Origin: Alkalispirochaeta sp. | GTDB taxonomy: Bacteria; Spirochaetota; Spirochaetia; DSM-27196; Alkalispirochaetaceae | Length of the DNA: 64,000 nt | Direction of reading: 5' to 3' | Assembly (NCBI GenBank): GCA_965601925.1 | Contig: OZ271854.1 | Location: 1,504,001 to 1,568,000, forward strand | Shown here: positions 46,698 to 57,087 of the stretch, piece after piece | Layout: each line of letters opens with the position of its first letter | How positions within the stretch are numbered: the stretch's first letter is position 1 | Made by a program: the position numbers and the translations under genes | Notes under the pieces: model-generated | What the model saw: the letters and a program-made list of their open reading frames with translations, nothing else | Database searches by the model: none | Told to the model about the DNA's origin: nothing

Positions 46698-46950
46698 TGG
46701 TGGAGGCCTCCTTAACTCGACGCTTCGGGACCGGTCTTCTACACGCTATCGCCTGAAGATTTGAGGTCCTTTGGTCCAACTTCGTCATGGGAGTCGGTGG
46801 TCGGGGCGGCGAACCGGATGGACTGCCTCCGATGAGGTGAGTGGTCGCCGCGCCGATAGATCTCGGAAAGACGTTGCGTAGGGGCGGTGTCACGGTCGGG
46901 ACGCTCCGGTCGAACGGTTCCGCCGGGCCGCTATCCCCGCATACTGTGAG

Positions 46951-47865
46951 ATGGTATCCTCCGGCATGCCCAAAGAACCGACGATGGTGACCCTGACGAG
47001 TCCGATCAACTTCGAGTTACGGCACCTCCGGAGTTTCTTGGTGCTCGCACGGACGCTCAGCTACGTAAGAGCGGCGGAAGCTCTTTCGATCGTGCAGCCG
47101 GCACTCACCCGGCAGATTAAGGACCTCGAGTATCATCTCGGTGTTCGCCTCTTTGAGCGCGGCACGACCGGTACGACATTGACGCCGGCGGGCAAAGAGT
47201 TGGTACCCCTCGCGAACGAGATCATGCGCTCGATCGCCGATGCGCGGACGGCGATGAGCAGGTTCGACGGTACGACGTTGCGCGCACGACTCGGCGCCTC
47301 TTCCGGCGTTGCGGTAGCGACATTGTCCTCGCTTATCGCCGAGGCGCAAGCCGAGTTTCCCGAGATTGAGATAGACGTGATCGCCGGGTATACCGAGCAG
47401 CTGGTCGAAGACGTGCGATCGCGAAGAATCGACGCCGCCCTGATCCATCCACCGGTCAACGCCCCGGACATGATTACGCGCCACATATACTCGGAACCAC
47501 TCGTCCTCGCCGGACCGAGTCCCGAGCAGGAAACGATCCAATCCGATAAACTCATCATCTTCCCCGAGGTCGCGGGACCCGCCCTGTATCACACCCTTCG
47601 GCGAATCGCCCGCGAGGTGTTCGGCGATCGCTTTATAATCAGCTTCAGCGAATCGTTTTCGGCGCGTTTGGCCATGGTCGCTGCGGGCTCGGGATGGTCC
47701 GTTTTTCCCCGGTCAATGGTCGCCGATCAACCGCTTCGGATCAGAACACACCCGGAACTCCCCGAGTTAGCGACCGCGGTGGTCTACCCCGAGACCTTGC
47801 GAGACTCGCGCGTGTCTGAGGTCTGGCAGTTCTTGCAAACGCGCGAACCCTATCATCGACCTTGA
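46951..47865 (+). CDS. LysR-family regulator
   Basis: LRHLRSF..LA..LSY.RAAEAL.I.QPALTRQIKDLE..LGVRLFER; start may be at 46984. Confidence 0.92.
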   Translation: MVSSGMPKEPTMVTLTSPINFELRHLRSFLVLARTLSYVRAAEALSIVQPALTRQIKDLEYHLGVRLFERGTTGTTLTPAGKELVPLANEIMRSIADARTAMSRFDGTTLRARLGASSGVAVATLSSLIAEAQAEFPEIEIDVIAGYTEQLVEDVRSRRIDAALIHPPVNAPDMITRHIYSEPLVLAGPSPEQETIQSDKLIIFPEVAGPALYHTLRRIAREVFGDRFIISFSESFSARLAMVAAGSGWSVFPRSMVADQPLRIRTHPELPELATAVVYPETLRDSRVSEVWQFLQTREPYHRP

Positions 47866-47941
47866 TAAGCCCATAACGAAATCCTATTAGTCCCGTCCGA
47901 CGCCTCTTTGTAACCTTCCCGCAACCAAAAAGACAAAGGAG

Positions 47942-49414
47942 GTGTGGATGAACACACCACAATGCAAACGGTTCGGTCGTCTACAGAGGTGCGGCACGCG
48001 GCTTGCCGTAGCGGTTCTCGCATGTACGCTCCCGATTACACCGGCGTTCGCCGGAGGCGCGCGCGACGGGAGCTCGGACGAGGCGTCGCAGGTGACGGCG
48101 ACGGTATTCTCGCCCGCTGAGCTTTCCGCGGTCGATCGGGACATCTACGCACCGATGGACTTCGAAGGCCGCTTTATCGTCTCGATCTCCGACGCCGACA
48201 TGCTCTCGTCCGCCTATGTGAACGGCATGCTCGGCCCGCGCGAGGGTCGCGATGCGCTCAGCGTCATTCCACTGGGTGGAGACCCGCGGGAGTGGCAAGC
48301 GTACGAGGTCGAAGCAAGCAACTCGGTCGCCGGTCCGCCCGCGGCGGTCGACATCACGCCGGACGGCCGGTTCGCGTTCGTGGTGGAGTCTTTTACGCCC
48401 CGACCCGCCGACGGAGACGGGCTGGAGCATACATTCGGCGACCTTGCATTTGGTGACAGCCTACTCGTTTTTGATCTTGCCGATCCCCGTAACCCGGTGC
48501 TTCACGAGGAAGTCCGCCTGCCGTTGCGTCCGGACGCCGTGCGAGTCAACGCGACGGGAACGATCGTAGCCGTCTCGATCAATCCGAACGGTGGGGGCAC
48601 GGAGACGCCGATTGCAGTGTTCCCGTTCGGCGATGGTCGCCTGGGAGAGCCGTCTTTTCCGTCGGTCCCCGCATGGGTTGCCGGCGACCGCCTTATCGAC
48701 CTTGACTTTCATCCTGAGACCGACGTGCTCGCACTGATAAACGAGACCGGCAAGGACTTGCGATTCGTCGAGGTTCTCGAGGCGGGCGGCGAGTTCAGCC
48801 TCGAGCTGATCGGAAATGTAGTCGAGACCGAACGGGCGCAGTATCGCGTGGAGTTCGCACCCGATGGGCGCCACGTTCTCACCAATGCTCTCTACTGGGG
48901 CGCCGACATCCAAGGAACGTGGAATGAAGCGCCACGCGGCAGCGTAATTTCGGTGCGCTATCGAGCCGAGGAGCGGGCGGACGGAACGGTGCGTCACGCT
49001 CTGGTCTCTCGCGCCATAACGGGCGTGTCACCGGAGGGTCTGGCGATAAGCCCCGACGGACGTTGGGTAGCAACGACGAATCTTGAACGGAGCTTCCTGC
49101 CGTACGACGACCCGCGCATTACCTTCTTCAGCTCGATTACGTTAATTGAGTTTGACCGGGAGACGGGAGCCCTGCGGCGCATCGGTGATTTCACGTACAG
49201 CGGGATTCTGCCGGAAGCCGTACTCTTCGACAACAGCGGAAACTACCTGGCCGTGGCCACCTATGACCACTTCGACGATCGTCGGATGGGAGGGTCCATA
49301 GATTTCTGGCGCATCGCCGGCGACGTGCAAGACCCGTTCCGGGTCGAACTCGTGAAGACGGAGTACTCGGTACCGGTCACGCGAGGTGCTCACTCGATGG
49401 CGATCAGCCGCTAA
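47942..49414 (+). CDS. Exported beta-propeller (lactonase/YncE-like) protein
   Basis: Signal ending AFAGG; repeated TPDGR/SPDGR/FAPDGR blade motifs. Confidence 0.7.
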   Translation: MWMNTPQCKRFGRLQRCGTRLAVAVLACTLPITPAFAGGARDGSSDEASQVTATVFSPAELSAVDRDIYAPMDFEGRFIVSISDADMLSSAYVNGMLGPREGRDALSVIPLGGDPREWQAYEVEASNSVAGPPAAVDITPDGRFAFVVESFTPRPADGDGLEHTFGDLAFGDSLLVFDLADPRNPVLHEEVRLPLRPDAVRVNATGTIVAVSINPNGGGTETPIAVFPFGDGRLGEPSFPSVPAWVAGDRLIDLDFHPETDVLALINETGKDLRFVEVLEAGGEFSLELIGNVVETERAQYRVEFAPDGRHVLTNALYWGADIQGTWNEAPRGSVISVRYRAEERADGTVRHALVSRAITGVSPEGLAISPDGRWVATTNLERSFLPYDDPRITFFSSITLIEFDRETGALRRIGDFTYSGILPEAVLFDNSGNYLAVATYDHFDDRRMGGSIDFWRIAGDVQDPFRVELVKTEYSVPVTRGAHSMAISR

Positions 49415-49452
49415 ACGGGATCGTTGCGCGGTTCGATCGACCGTGTCGATCG

Positions 49453-49478
49453 CCGGGCCGAACGCACGTTCGGCCCGG
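49453..49478. terminator. GC-rich hairpin between convergent genes
   Basis: CCGGGCCGAAC-GCAC-GTTCGGCCCGG perfect stem; no U-tract. Confidence 0.4.
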
Positions 49479-49608
49479 TACTCTACGGTGCTTCGCGACG
49501 TAGTGTGCGGAGATCGACAGGACGGCGGATCGAACGTCACGCCCCTCCGCCCGACGTGTTGAAGCTCGGATCGGCGGGTCGAAGGCGAAAGCCGCGCCAA
49601 GCGACTCG

Positions 49609-50343
49609 TTACACGACGATTTTACATAGCCGGGAGATGGTACGGATACTGTATGTCGGAGCAGCACCATCTTCGACGGGGATTCCGGCTCGATTGTAGT
49701 AACAGAAATCAATCCCTGCGGCGACGGCGCCTTGATAGTCGTTTCGAATCGAATCTCCGACATACAGAACCTGGTGAGGCTGGAGGTGCATCCGCTCCAG
49801 GGCGATCACAAAGATCTGCGGGTCCGGTTTCGTGTACCCGACTGCATCGGACACGAGAATCTCTTCGAAAAAGCGCTCGATCCGAGCCGCCCGAACCCGC
49901 TTCTCTTGTGCCGGTGATGTTCCGTTGGTAACGATTCCGAGTCGGAATGTTGATGATAGCGACCGAATCGTCTCCAACGCACCCGGTTCGAACGAGACCT
50001 CGGTCAAAAAGACGCGCCGGTAGACTTCGGAGAGGCATCGCGCGGGAGCGGTGTCGAGCGAGAGAGCGTCCAAGGCGTCGGAGAACGACTTTTCGACCAT
50101 ATCGTGCGGATTGAACTCGGAGCGCCGCCTCCAGTACTCGGCGTTTGCCGACTCGTATGCCTCAAGAAAGGAGGCCAGTGTATGGTTTTCAATGGGCAGA
50201 TCGCAGAACGTCACAGCCTTTAGGATGGCGTTCCGTTCGCACCGATGGAAATCAAGGATGGTATTATCGAGATCGAAGAGGATCGCAGAGTAGGTTCCTG
50301 GGGCGTTCGATCGCGTCGCGTCGTTGATCATAGGCTCCCGCAC
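49609..50343 (-). CDS. HAD-superfamily hydrolase (YjjG-like nucleotidase)
   Basis: FDLDNTI, VTNG, KPDPQIF, VGDSIRND. Confidence 0.9.
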   Translation of the reverse strand: MREPMINDATRSNAPGTYSAILFDLDNTILDFHRCERNAILKAVTFCDLPIENHTLASFLEAYESANAEYWRRRSEFNPHDMVEKSFSDALDALSLDTAPARCLSEVYRRVFLTEVSFEPGALETIRSLSSTFRLGIVTNGTSPAQEKRVRAARIERFFEEILVSDAVGYTKPDPQIFVIALERMHLQPHQVLYVGDSIRNDYQGAVAAGIDFCYYNRAGIPVEDGAAPTYSIRTISRLCKIVV

Positions 50344-50353
50344 CGTTTCGACG

Positions 50354-51049
50354 TCACACCGAACAGTCGCACTTGATTAGTTCAATGCGTCCCGTCTCTA
50401 CGTCTGTGGTCCGTTTCAGGACGAAATCGAACCTGTCCAGCGCCATGCAGTACTCGAAATCGCTCTCCGGTGCGAACCCGTCCTTCGAGAAACCGTTCGC
50501 GCTCTTCGCCTTGAGGAGACGCTTGATATTTCCGAAATCAACTCGCTCGTTCTCAATCGTGCGTCTTAGATAATCCGCAAATAGATAGTCTTCATCGCCG
50601 AGTCTGCCGTTCTTTCGCGCCGTGCAGTATAGATGGAGCGCGCCAGGTCGCGTCCTCTCCGCGTATCGCCGAACGGCCGCCGCATTGACGAAGCTTCCGC
50701 ATACGACATCGTTGTCCGACCGTTGTCTTAAGAGTCCCTTCGTTCCGGCCGTCGTTGTATGAACGACAATCTTGTCCTCGAGATTTGAACCTCGAATTTC
50801 GGTCGGAGAGTTCCCATACTCGAATCCGTCGATCCGAACGCCTCCCCGTTCCCCGACCAAGACCGTATGCGCGGCGTGTTCGCGCCGAATCTCGAGCGCT
50901 GCCTCGATGCTATCGACGGGAATCAGTTTCTTAGGATTCTGTTCCGCAATGTAACAGTTGGTCGAGAACGCTCGAAACACGTCGATCACGACGACCAACC
51001 CTCTGACGCACTCAACGTCCGCGGTAGGCTCCCAGATCTTGATGTCCAT
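50354..51049 (-). CDS. comB: 2-phosphosulfolactate phosphatase family
   Basis: VVIDVFRAFST, GERGG..GFEYGNSP, TTTAGT, ED.LFA. Confidence 0.85.
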   Translation of the reverse strand: MDIKIWEPTADVECVRGLVVVIDVFRAFSTNCYIAEQNPKKLIPVDSIEAALEIRREHAAHTVLVGERGGVRIDGFEYGNSPTEIRGSNLEDKIVVHTTTAGTKGLLRQRSDNDVVCGSFVNAAAVRRYAERTRPGALHLYCTARKNGRLGDEDYLFADYLRRTIENERVDFGNIKRLLKAKSANGFSKDGFAPESDFEYCMALDRFDFVLKRTTDVETGRIELIKCDCSV

Positions 51050-51216
51050 CGGCCTACAGTGCCGAGAACTCGAACATTTTTCTACTGCGTCATTACACCG
51101 AGCTGCGCGACGGTGGCCGGCGGCCCGACGAAGGGTTCGGCGTGCATCATCTGCATGGAGTCATCGGCGTAGCCGTTGCTACGACGAACGCGCCGCTCCA
51201 TAATGTCTCACCGCCT

Positions 51217-51720
51217 ATGAATGGAAACGACATGACGAGCAAGAGAGAGCTCGGCGACCGAGCCGCGCCGATCGTACACCGATTCGCTCATCTCACGGAG
51301 GCTGCGATCGACGCCTCCTCCATGATCTACATGCTCAAGGCGGGTTTTCTCGGTCTGTTGGGCTCCACAATTAGCCTCAAGACGATTCCGAGCGTCTTTG
51401 ACGAGACGGGGTGGCCGTCGCTCCCGGTGATCGTCCTCGAAGAGGAGACCGACGATCGCCCCAACGACGAGAAGCTCCTCGACTTCGCGGTTCGATCGGC
51501 TCTTCCTTTCATCTCCGAAGACCGCGCGCTGCTTCTCGCCGCCGGGCGCAGCGGATTGGACTACTACAACAGCCTCATGATGCTCGCGTTCCTACGGCAT
51601 CGCGGGCGTATCGACGAGGCGTGGTACGACGAAGCGCTCGGCCGAATCCTGACGATCGGTCGGTACGACGACGACGTACTCCGACGTTTCGATGAGATTT
51701 CGAGTTCGTTGTTCCGCTGA
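51217..51720 (+). CDS. PIN-domain-like protein
   Basis: IDASSMIY..VFDE..NDEKLL..ISEDRALL acidic PIN pattern; start uncertain (51217 or 51232). Confidence 0.55.
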   Translation: MNGNDMTSKRELGDRAAPIVHRFAHLTEAAIDASSMIYMLKAGFLGLLGSTISLKTIPSVFDETGWPSLPVIVLEEETDDRPNDEKLLDFAVRSALPFISEDRALLLAAGRSGLDYYNSLMMLAFLRHRGRIDEAWYDEALGRILTIGRYDDDVLRRFDEISSSLFR

Positions 51721-51834
51721 GCCGGCGGGGATGGCGTGCGTGCGGTCGACCGACGGGTGATGTTCGACGTGGAGCCCACCACGCTTCCGTTGTGCAGCGT
51801 ACTCTCTGTTTCGCCGGCCGTCGCCGGCGCCCGC

Positions 51835-52539
51835 CTATGGCCGCGCGCCGCCTACAAACTCCATCTCCAAATCCACCGTCTCTCCGACGCTTGCGACGAT
51901 GGAGTTGCCGCCGACGTAGGGAATCGTAATATCGAAATCGTCCCAGCGGATCGTCGTCCGGACGCGGCCGGTAATCTCTTCTTCGCTGTCGAGGGCGACG
52001 GACACCGCAAATGTCACGCGGCTGGTCACGTCTCGAATCGTAAGCTCTCCCCTCACGTCGAATCGAACGACCTCTCCCACCCCAAGTGCCTCAAACCTCG
52101 TCGGGTCGCTGGTCGGTGTGAAGACGGCAAACTCATACTCGTCCCGGTTGGACTCCAGAATGAGCGTGCGAATCGTGCGATCGCGCACTTCATCGTCCGT
52201 CTCGATCGTGCGAACGTTAATGACGAACTCGCCGACCTCGACTTCCCCGGTGGCGAAGTCTACGGCAATGGAACCGTCAATCTGATTCGTCGTGCCCACG
52301 ACCGTGTTCTCTACGCCCCGGAGGACCTCCTCGATGAGAAATCGCGCCTCGGAGCGCTCCGAGACGACCTCGTACACGACCGCTTCAACGCGCTGAGGTT
52401 CCAACGATGCCGCGTCAGCCTCCGCAGACGGCTCTCCACTTCCCCCGGCAAACCAGATATAGGCGAGAAACGCCGCTCCCGCGGCGACGACAACCACGAC
52501 GACTACGAGGAGAACCCGCAGTATTCCCTTCATGTTCAT
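51835..52539 (-). CDS. YceI-family lipid/polyisoprenoid-binding protein
   Basis: N-terminal TM; SEARF..VVG..TD...RD..GELTIRDVT..VTF..DFDI. Confidence 0.85.
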   Translation of the reverse strand: MNMKGILRVLLVVVVVVVAAGAAFLAYIWFAGGSGEPSAEADAASLEPQRVEAVVYEVVSERSEARFLIEEVLRGVENTVVGTTNQIDGSIAVDFATGEVEVGEFVINVRTIETDDEVRDRTIRTLILESNRDEYEFAVFTPTSDPTRFEALGVGEVVRFDVRGELTIRDVTSRVTFAVSVALDSEEEITGRVRTTIRWDDFDITIPYVGGNSIVASVGETVDLEMEFVGGARP

Positions 52540-52675
52540 ACCCCAAACATACGGAGAAGCAGATAAGAATACAAAGGGGGTACACAACGCGCAATGCTCG
52601 CCCGGTAGTGGGTACGTTTCCCTTGTCCGCGGTCGCGACACGGGCGGGCGTCGACGCGTCGATTTCGAGGCCCCC

Positions 52676-53260
52676 TTACCGCTTCGAGAGCTGCGTGATA
52701 TGCGCCTTCACCGCCGGCCACTCGCTGTGCAGGATCGAGTAGACCGCCGTATCGCGGTAGGTCCCGTCGGCGAGGATACGATGGTTCCGTAAGATACCGT
52801 CCAGGTGCGCTCCCAGCCGCTCGATCGCGGCACGAGAACGACGATTCAACCGATGGGCACGAAACTCCACGGCGATGCACCGCAGCGTCTCAAAGGCGTG
52901 AGTGAGGAGTAGTCGCTTCGCTTCGGTATTGACCCCGGTCCGCTGTCGAGAGGCTGCGTACCACGTGTAGCCGATCTCCACACGCCGGTTCTCCTCATCG
53001 GGATTACACAGGCGCGTCGTTCCGATTGCCCGACCGGTCCGGCGATCGATCACGGCAAAGGGAAGGTCGCCCACCTCATCGCGACGAGCCATCGCCGCTC
53101 GGTACCACCCGTCGATCTCGCCGGGCTTCGGTACGGACGTGACCCAAAGACGCCACAACTCCCCGTCGTTAACCGCCGCGGCAAGATCGGAGAGGTGATC
53201 CTCGGCGAGCGGTACCAGCTCGACACCCTTCCCGACGAGCACGGTATTCGAAAGCCACAT
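52676..53260 (-). CDS. GNAT (RimJ/RimL) acetyltransferase
   Basis: EIGYTWY..QRTGVNTEAKRLLLTHAFE..SRAAIERLGA..DGILRNH. Confidence 0.92.
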   Translation of the reverse strand: MWLSNTVLVGKGVELVPLAEDHLSDLAAAVNDGELWRLWVTSVPKPGEIDGWYRAAMARRDEVGDLPFAVIDRRTGRAIGTTRLCNPDEENRRVEIGYTWYAASRQRTGVNTEAKRLLLTHAFETLRCIAVEFRAHRLNRRSRAAIERLGAHLDGILRNHRILADGTYRDTAVYSILHSEWPAVKAHITQLSKR

Positions 53261-53702
53261 CAAGAAACAAGCATATCGGCCGCCGCCCACCCCGGCAAGC
53301 GACGCTCAATGCACCGGCAAAACCCGCTCCCCACCCAACACTCCGGGCGCCACCGAGCGCTCCGAGTTCCACAAGAGCGGCCGTGAGCGCACCCTCCGGC
53401 TCCGCCGGCCGAGCGCTCGCCGCCGTCTCCGCTCACAGTCGACACGGGCACCCGGGAAACGCACCGCCCGGCTTCCCTCCCCATCCGATCCTTCAAGCGG
53501 TCCCCAAGTGCCCCGGTATCGCTGCGGAACGGCGATCGCGGCACCGTGCGACTTCGGGCCGGTTGCGTACCGCAGAACCGTTCTGCGGACGCAACCTCCC
53601 TGGCCCGCTGAGCACGGGGACGCTGCCGACGTTCCGCTCACAGTTACCACAAGCACTTCGGGAACGCGCCGGTGTACATGACGACCCGATGCGCGGTAGG
53701 TT

Positions 53703-55346
53703 ATGCCCCAGATGGATACGGTATACGTAGCAGGACATAGGAATCCCGACATGGACTGCGTGTGCGCCGCCTATTGTTACGCTGCGCTCAAGCGGAAGAT
53801 CGACCCCGATACCGACTACGTGCCGATCCGCTCGGGTCCATTGAGTGCCCAAATCAGAGATGTATTTCATCTCGCCGGGGCTGCGGTACCCGAGCACTAC
53901 GACACGATCGCACCGACGGTGGGGCTGGTAGCCAAAACGGCGCCCGCGACCCTCAAGCCGGAAGATCCGGTTCTCGAGGCGTTTCGCGAGGTAGAGCACC
54001 AGACCATCAGCGCCATTCCGATATTCAACCACGACGACGAGTTTGTCGGCGTAGTGGGTATCAACGAGATCACCTCCTATGTCTTGGCTCAGAATCGAAG
54101 TGAGCGTCCGATCTACTCGTTTCTTGTTGAGAACCTGGCGCGAGTTCTCCCCGGGACGTTGATCAAGAAGGGCGCGAGCACGAGCTTCGACGCGCCGGTC
54201 GTGAGCGGTTCCATGCCGCACGAACGTTCGATTGAGCTCATCAGCACGATCGATCCACCGCCGCTCTTGGTGGTGGGAAATCGTGAAGAGATACTCGCGC
54301 ACGCGGTCGAGGCGCAGCTGCCGGCGATCGTCGTCACCGGATTGCATGAGGGTGAGAGCCTCGCCGTCGACGTGGCGGGGTTTCGCGGTTCGGTGTACCG
54401 GTCCGCGACCGATACGGCCGAGACGATCCGGCTATTGCGGCTTAGCTCCCCGGTGCAAAAGATCATGGACGGCGACATTCCACGCCTGGACGCGCACACG
54501 CTCTTCGATCGCGTCAAAAATGACCTTCTGAACTCGAAGTATCGCGGTCTGCCGGTGTTCGAGGAGGGGCATTTTATCGGAATGGTAAGTCGCCGATCAT
54601 TTATCGAGCGCCCGCGCCGCAAACTCATCATGGTAGACCACAACGAGGTGTCGCAGGCGGTCGCCGGGGCCGAGGAGGCCGAAATTCTCGAAATTGTGGA
54701 TCATCACCGCCTTGCGCCCCCATCCACTACCCAGCCGATTGCGGTGACGACCCGCGTCGTCGGAAGCACCTGTACCCTCGTCTACGAGGAGTTCGCCAAC
54801 CGCGGGCTCGGATTGGACCGCGATGCGGCGATTCTCCTTCTTTCGGGAATCATATCCGATACGGTGAACCTCCACTCGCCGACGACCACCGAGGCCGATC
54901 GAAGAGCCGTCTATCGCTTGGAAACGATTACCGGCATTTCCGCTGCGGAACACGCAAAGCGACTCTTCGCGCAGCTCAAGGCGTTGGAGAAACGCGAGCC
55001 GCAGGAGATCGTTCTTTCGGACTTCAAGCAGTACACCCACGCCGGCGTCAGCTTCGGCATCGGTCAGGTGGAGGTCACGACACTTTCCGACTCCGACACC
55101 TATCGACCGCGGCTGGTCAGCGCACTCGATACGGTGGGACGAGACAAAGGTCTCGCGTGGACGATGATCATGGTGACCGATGTAATGAAGCGCAACAGCA
55201 TGCTGTTGACTTCGGATTACGAGGAGGCGGAGTCGTCGCTCCCCTTCGCGAAGGTCGCCGACCACACCTACGACATGCCCGGCGTCCTATCGCGGAAGAA
55301 GCAGCTCTTACCCGAAGTTATGCGTCTCCTGAGCGAATTGCGATAG
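53703..55346 (+). CDS. ppaC: Mn-dependent family II inorganic pyrophosphatase with CBS/DRTGG insert
   Basis: GHRNPDMD, VDHNE..Q, DHHR, GSTCT, IISDT, SRKKQ; CBS pair around VGNR. Confidence 0.93.
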   Translation: MPQMDTVYVAGHRNPDMDCVCAAYCYAALKRKIDPDTDYVPIRSGPLSAQIRDVFHLAGAAVPEHYDTIAPTVGLVAKTAPATLKPEDPVLEAFREVEHQTISAIPIFNHDDEFVGVVGINEITSYVLAQNRSERPIYSFLVENLARVLPGTLIKKGASTSFDAPVVSGSMPHERSIELISTIDPPPLLVVGNREEILAHAVEAQLPAIVVTGLHEGESLAVDVAGFRGSVYRSATDTAETIRLLRLSSPVQKIMDGDIPRLDAHTLFDRVKNDLLNSKYRGLPVFEEGHFIGMVSRRSFIERPRRKLIMVDHNEVSQAVAGAEEAEILEIVDHHRLAPPSTTQPIAVTTRVVGSTCTLVYEEFANRGLGLDRDAAILLLSGIISDTVNLHSPTTTEADRRAVYRLETITGISAAEHAKRLFAQLKALEKREPQEIVLSDFKQYTHAGVSFGIGQVEVTTLSDSDTYRPRLVSALDTVGRDKGLAWTMIMVTDVMKRNSMLLTSDYEEAESSLPFAKVADHTYDMPGVLSRKKQLLPEVMRLLSELR

Positions 55347-55373
55347 CCGACACGCGCTATGCGGACGGCGCGC

Positions 55374-55997
55374 TTAGTGCGGCATCATAAGCACGCCCGA
55401 CAGCGTCTCGGTCGCAAACGTCTCAACTCCGGACAGAAGCATCTGCGTCGCCATCGTAGTGAGTATCATACCCATGAGTCGCTCGAGGGCAGCCAACCCG
55501 CGGCGGCCGAGAGCACGCCGCAGCACGTCCGCCGATACCAACACCGTCGCCGCGGCCAACCATGCGGCAACGAGGGCGATCATCCAATCGCCCAACTGAT
55601 CCGGAAACTGCGTCGAAAAGAGAATGAGCGTCGCCATGGCCGACGGCCCCGCTACCAGGGGTACCGCCAACGGCACGATGAGCGGTTCCTCCCCACCCTC
55701 GTTCGTCTCTGCGGCAGCGGTGTGACGAGAGGGAAAGATCATCCGTAGTGCGATCAGAAAGAGTATTACACCACCACCGATACTCAACGCCGGTTGAGAA
55801 ATGTTCATCCCGCTGAGAATGTACTGTCCGAAAAGGAGAAACAACGAAAGTATGACGAGCGCGATGACCATCTCGCGAAAAATAATCCTCCGGCGTCGCG
55901 TAGGTTCCACGTTGTTCAGAACACTCAAAAAAATGGGAATATTGCCCAGGGGATCGAGAACCAAAAAGAGTGTAATGGCCGCGGTGTAGATGCTCAT
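55374..55997 (-). CDS. marC: MarC-family membrane protein
   Basis: LDPLGNIPIF, VPLAVPLVAGP, ERLMGMIL. Confidence 0.92.
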   Translation of the reverse strand: MSIYTAAITLFLVLDPLGNIPIFLSVLNNVEPTRRRRIIFREMVIALVILSLFLLFGQYILSGMNISQPALSIGGGVILFLIALRMIFPSRHTAAAETNEGGEEPLIVPLAVPLVAGPSAMATLILFSTQFPDQLGDWMIALVAAWLAAATVLVSADVLRRALGRRGLAALERLMGMILTTMATQMLLSGVETFATETLSGVLMMPH

Positions 55998-56236
55998 CGT
56001 CGCATTCCTTTCATGATCCTCGTGGGGCGCCGCCCGGCAACACTGACACGGTACGCCGGCGCCTCGATCGGTCTCCGTCTATCGAAGCCGACCGCTGAAA
56101 CGTACCGGCGCCTGTACTTCCGTATCGTGGGGGCGCATTCGTCGTTGTCGTACGAGGGAATCTTCGCGGTACCGTATCGCCGACACCGAGAGAGGTCAAT
56201 ATCGAAACGTCTGTTCAGCGGGGCGTCCGAACTACG

Positions 56237-57034
56237 TCACCGGCTTGTTCGGTGTTCGACCAACTGTACCATGTACTCGAGATCGTCGGAGTTGAGCTCG
56301 GACTCGATAATCGTGATACCCACATCGACCACCGTCCCGGCCGGTTGCGGCCCGCCGATGGTCGTGTCATAGCGAATCGACTCTTTCGGGTACTCGCCGC
56401 CGGCGGCTTGCATGTCGAAAAACGGTTCATCCGCCAACGTTCGATCTCTGAGCGCGTCGACCGATTCGACACCGAAAAACGAGGCGGCCTCGCGATTCGC
56501 GTCCACGAGACGCCCGGCGGCGTCATAAATCATGATCGGTATCAGCGACTGTTCGAATATCGTGCGAAAGTGACGTTCCCGCGCGCGAACGACTCGCTCC
56601 GAGCGGTGGCGCGTGATGGCGGTCTGGAGAGTGCTGTCCAATTCGGTACGCGACCATGGTTTTACCAAATAGCCGTAGGGCGAAATACTCAATGCGCGAC
56701 GAATCGTCGTACGATCGGTGTGAGCGGTAAGAAACACGACGGGAATTCCCTGATTCGAACAAATGTGCTCCGCCGTCTCAACGCCGTCCTGCGCTCCGTC
56801 GATTTTGATATCCATAAGCGCGACGTCGGGAAGATGCTCCTCGGCCAAATTCTCGGCGGTCCGTCCGTCGGCGCAACGATACACATCGCGATATCCCAAG
56901 TCCTGTAGAGTGTTCTGGAGATCCAGGGCGATCAACGCCTCATCCTCGACTACCAAAACGGATGAGGCGGAACGAAGGTCCACATTCCGGTCACGAGCGG
57001 CTCTCGCAGATAGATCAAATATTTCGGGGTTCAT
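56237..57034 (-). CDS. Receiver-PAS protein with no output domain
   Basis: VVEDEALIA..LMDI..DG..FLTA..YLVKP receiver; HFRTIFE..D..GR...N PAS. Confidence 0.8.
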   Translation of the reverse strand: MNPEIFDLSARAARDRNVDLRSASSVLVVEDEALIALDLQNTLQDLGYRDVYRCADGRTAENLAEEHLPDVALMDIKIDGAQDGVETAEHICSNQGIPVVFLTAHTDRTTIRRALSISPYGYLVKPWSRTELDSTLQTAITRHRSERVVRARERHFRTIFEQSLIPIMIYDAAGRLVDANREAASFFGVESVDALRDRTLADEPFFDMQAAGGEYPKESIRYDTTIGGPQPAGTVVDVGITIIESELNSDDLEYMVQLVEHRTSR

Positions 57035-57087
57035 GTCGGAATCTCTTACCTTGAATTGTAAATTATTACGGCTCCGATTTCTAATTT

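Noticed and set aside
53290..53700. 410-bp GC-rich intergenic region as ncRNA or riboswitch upstream of ppaC
   Set aside because: No recognisable aptamer consensus, terminator or clear repeat unit was found by eye.
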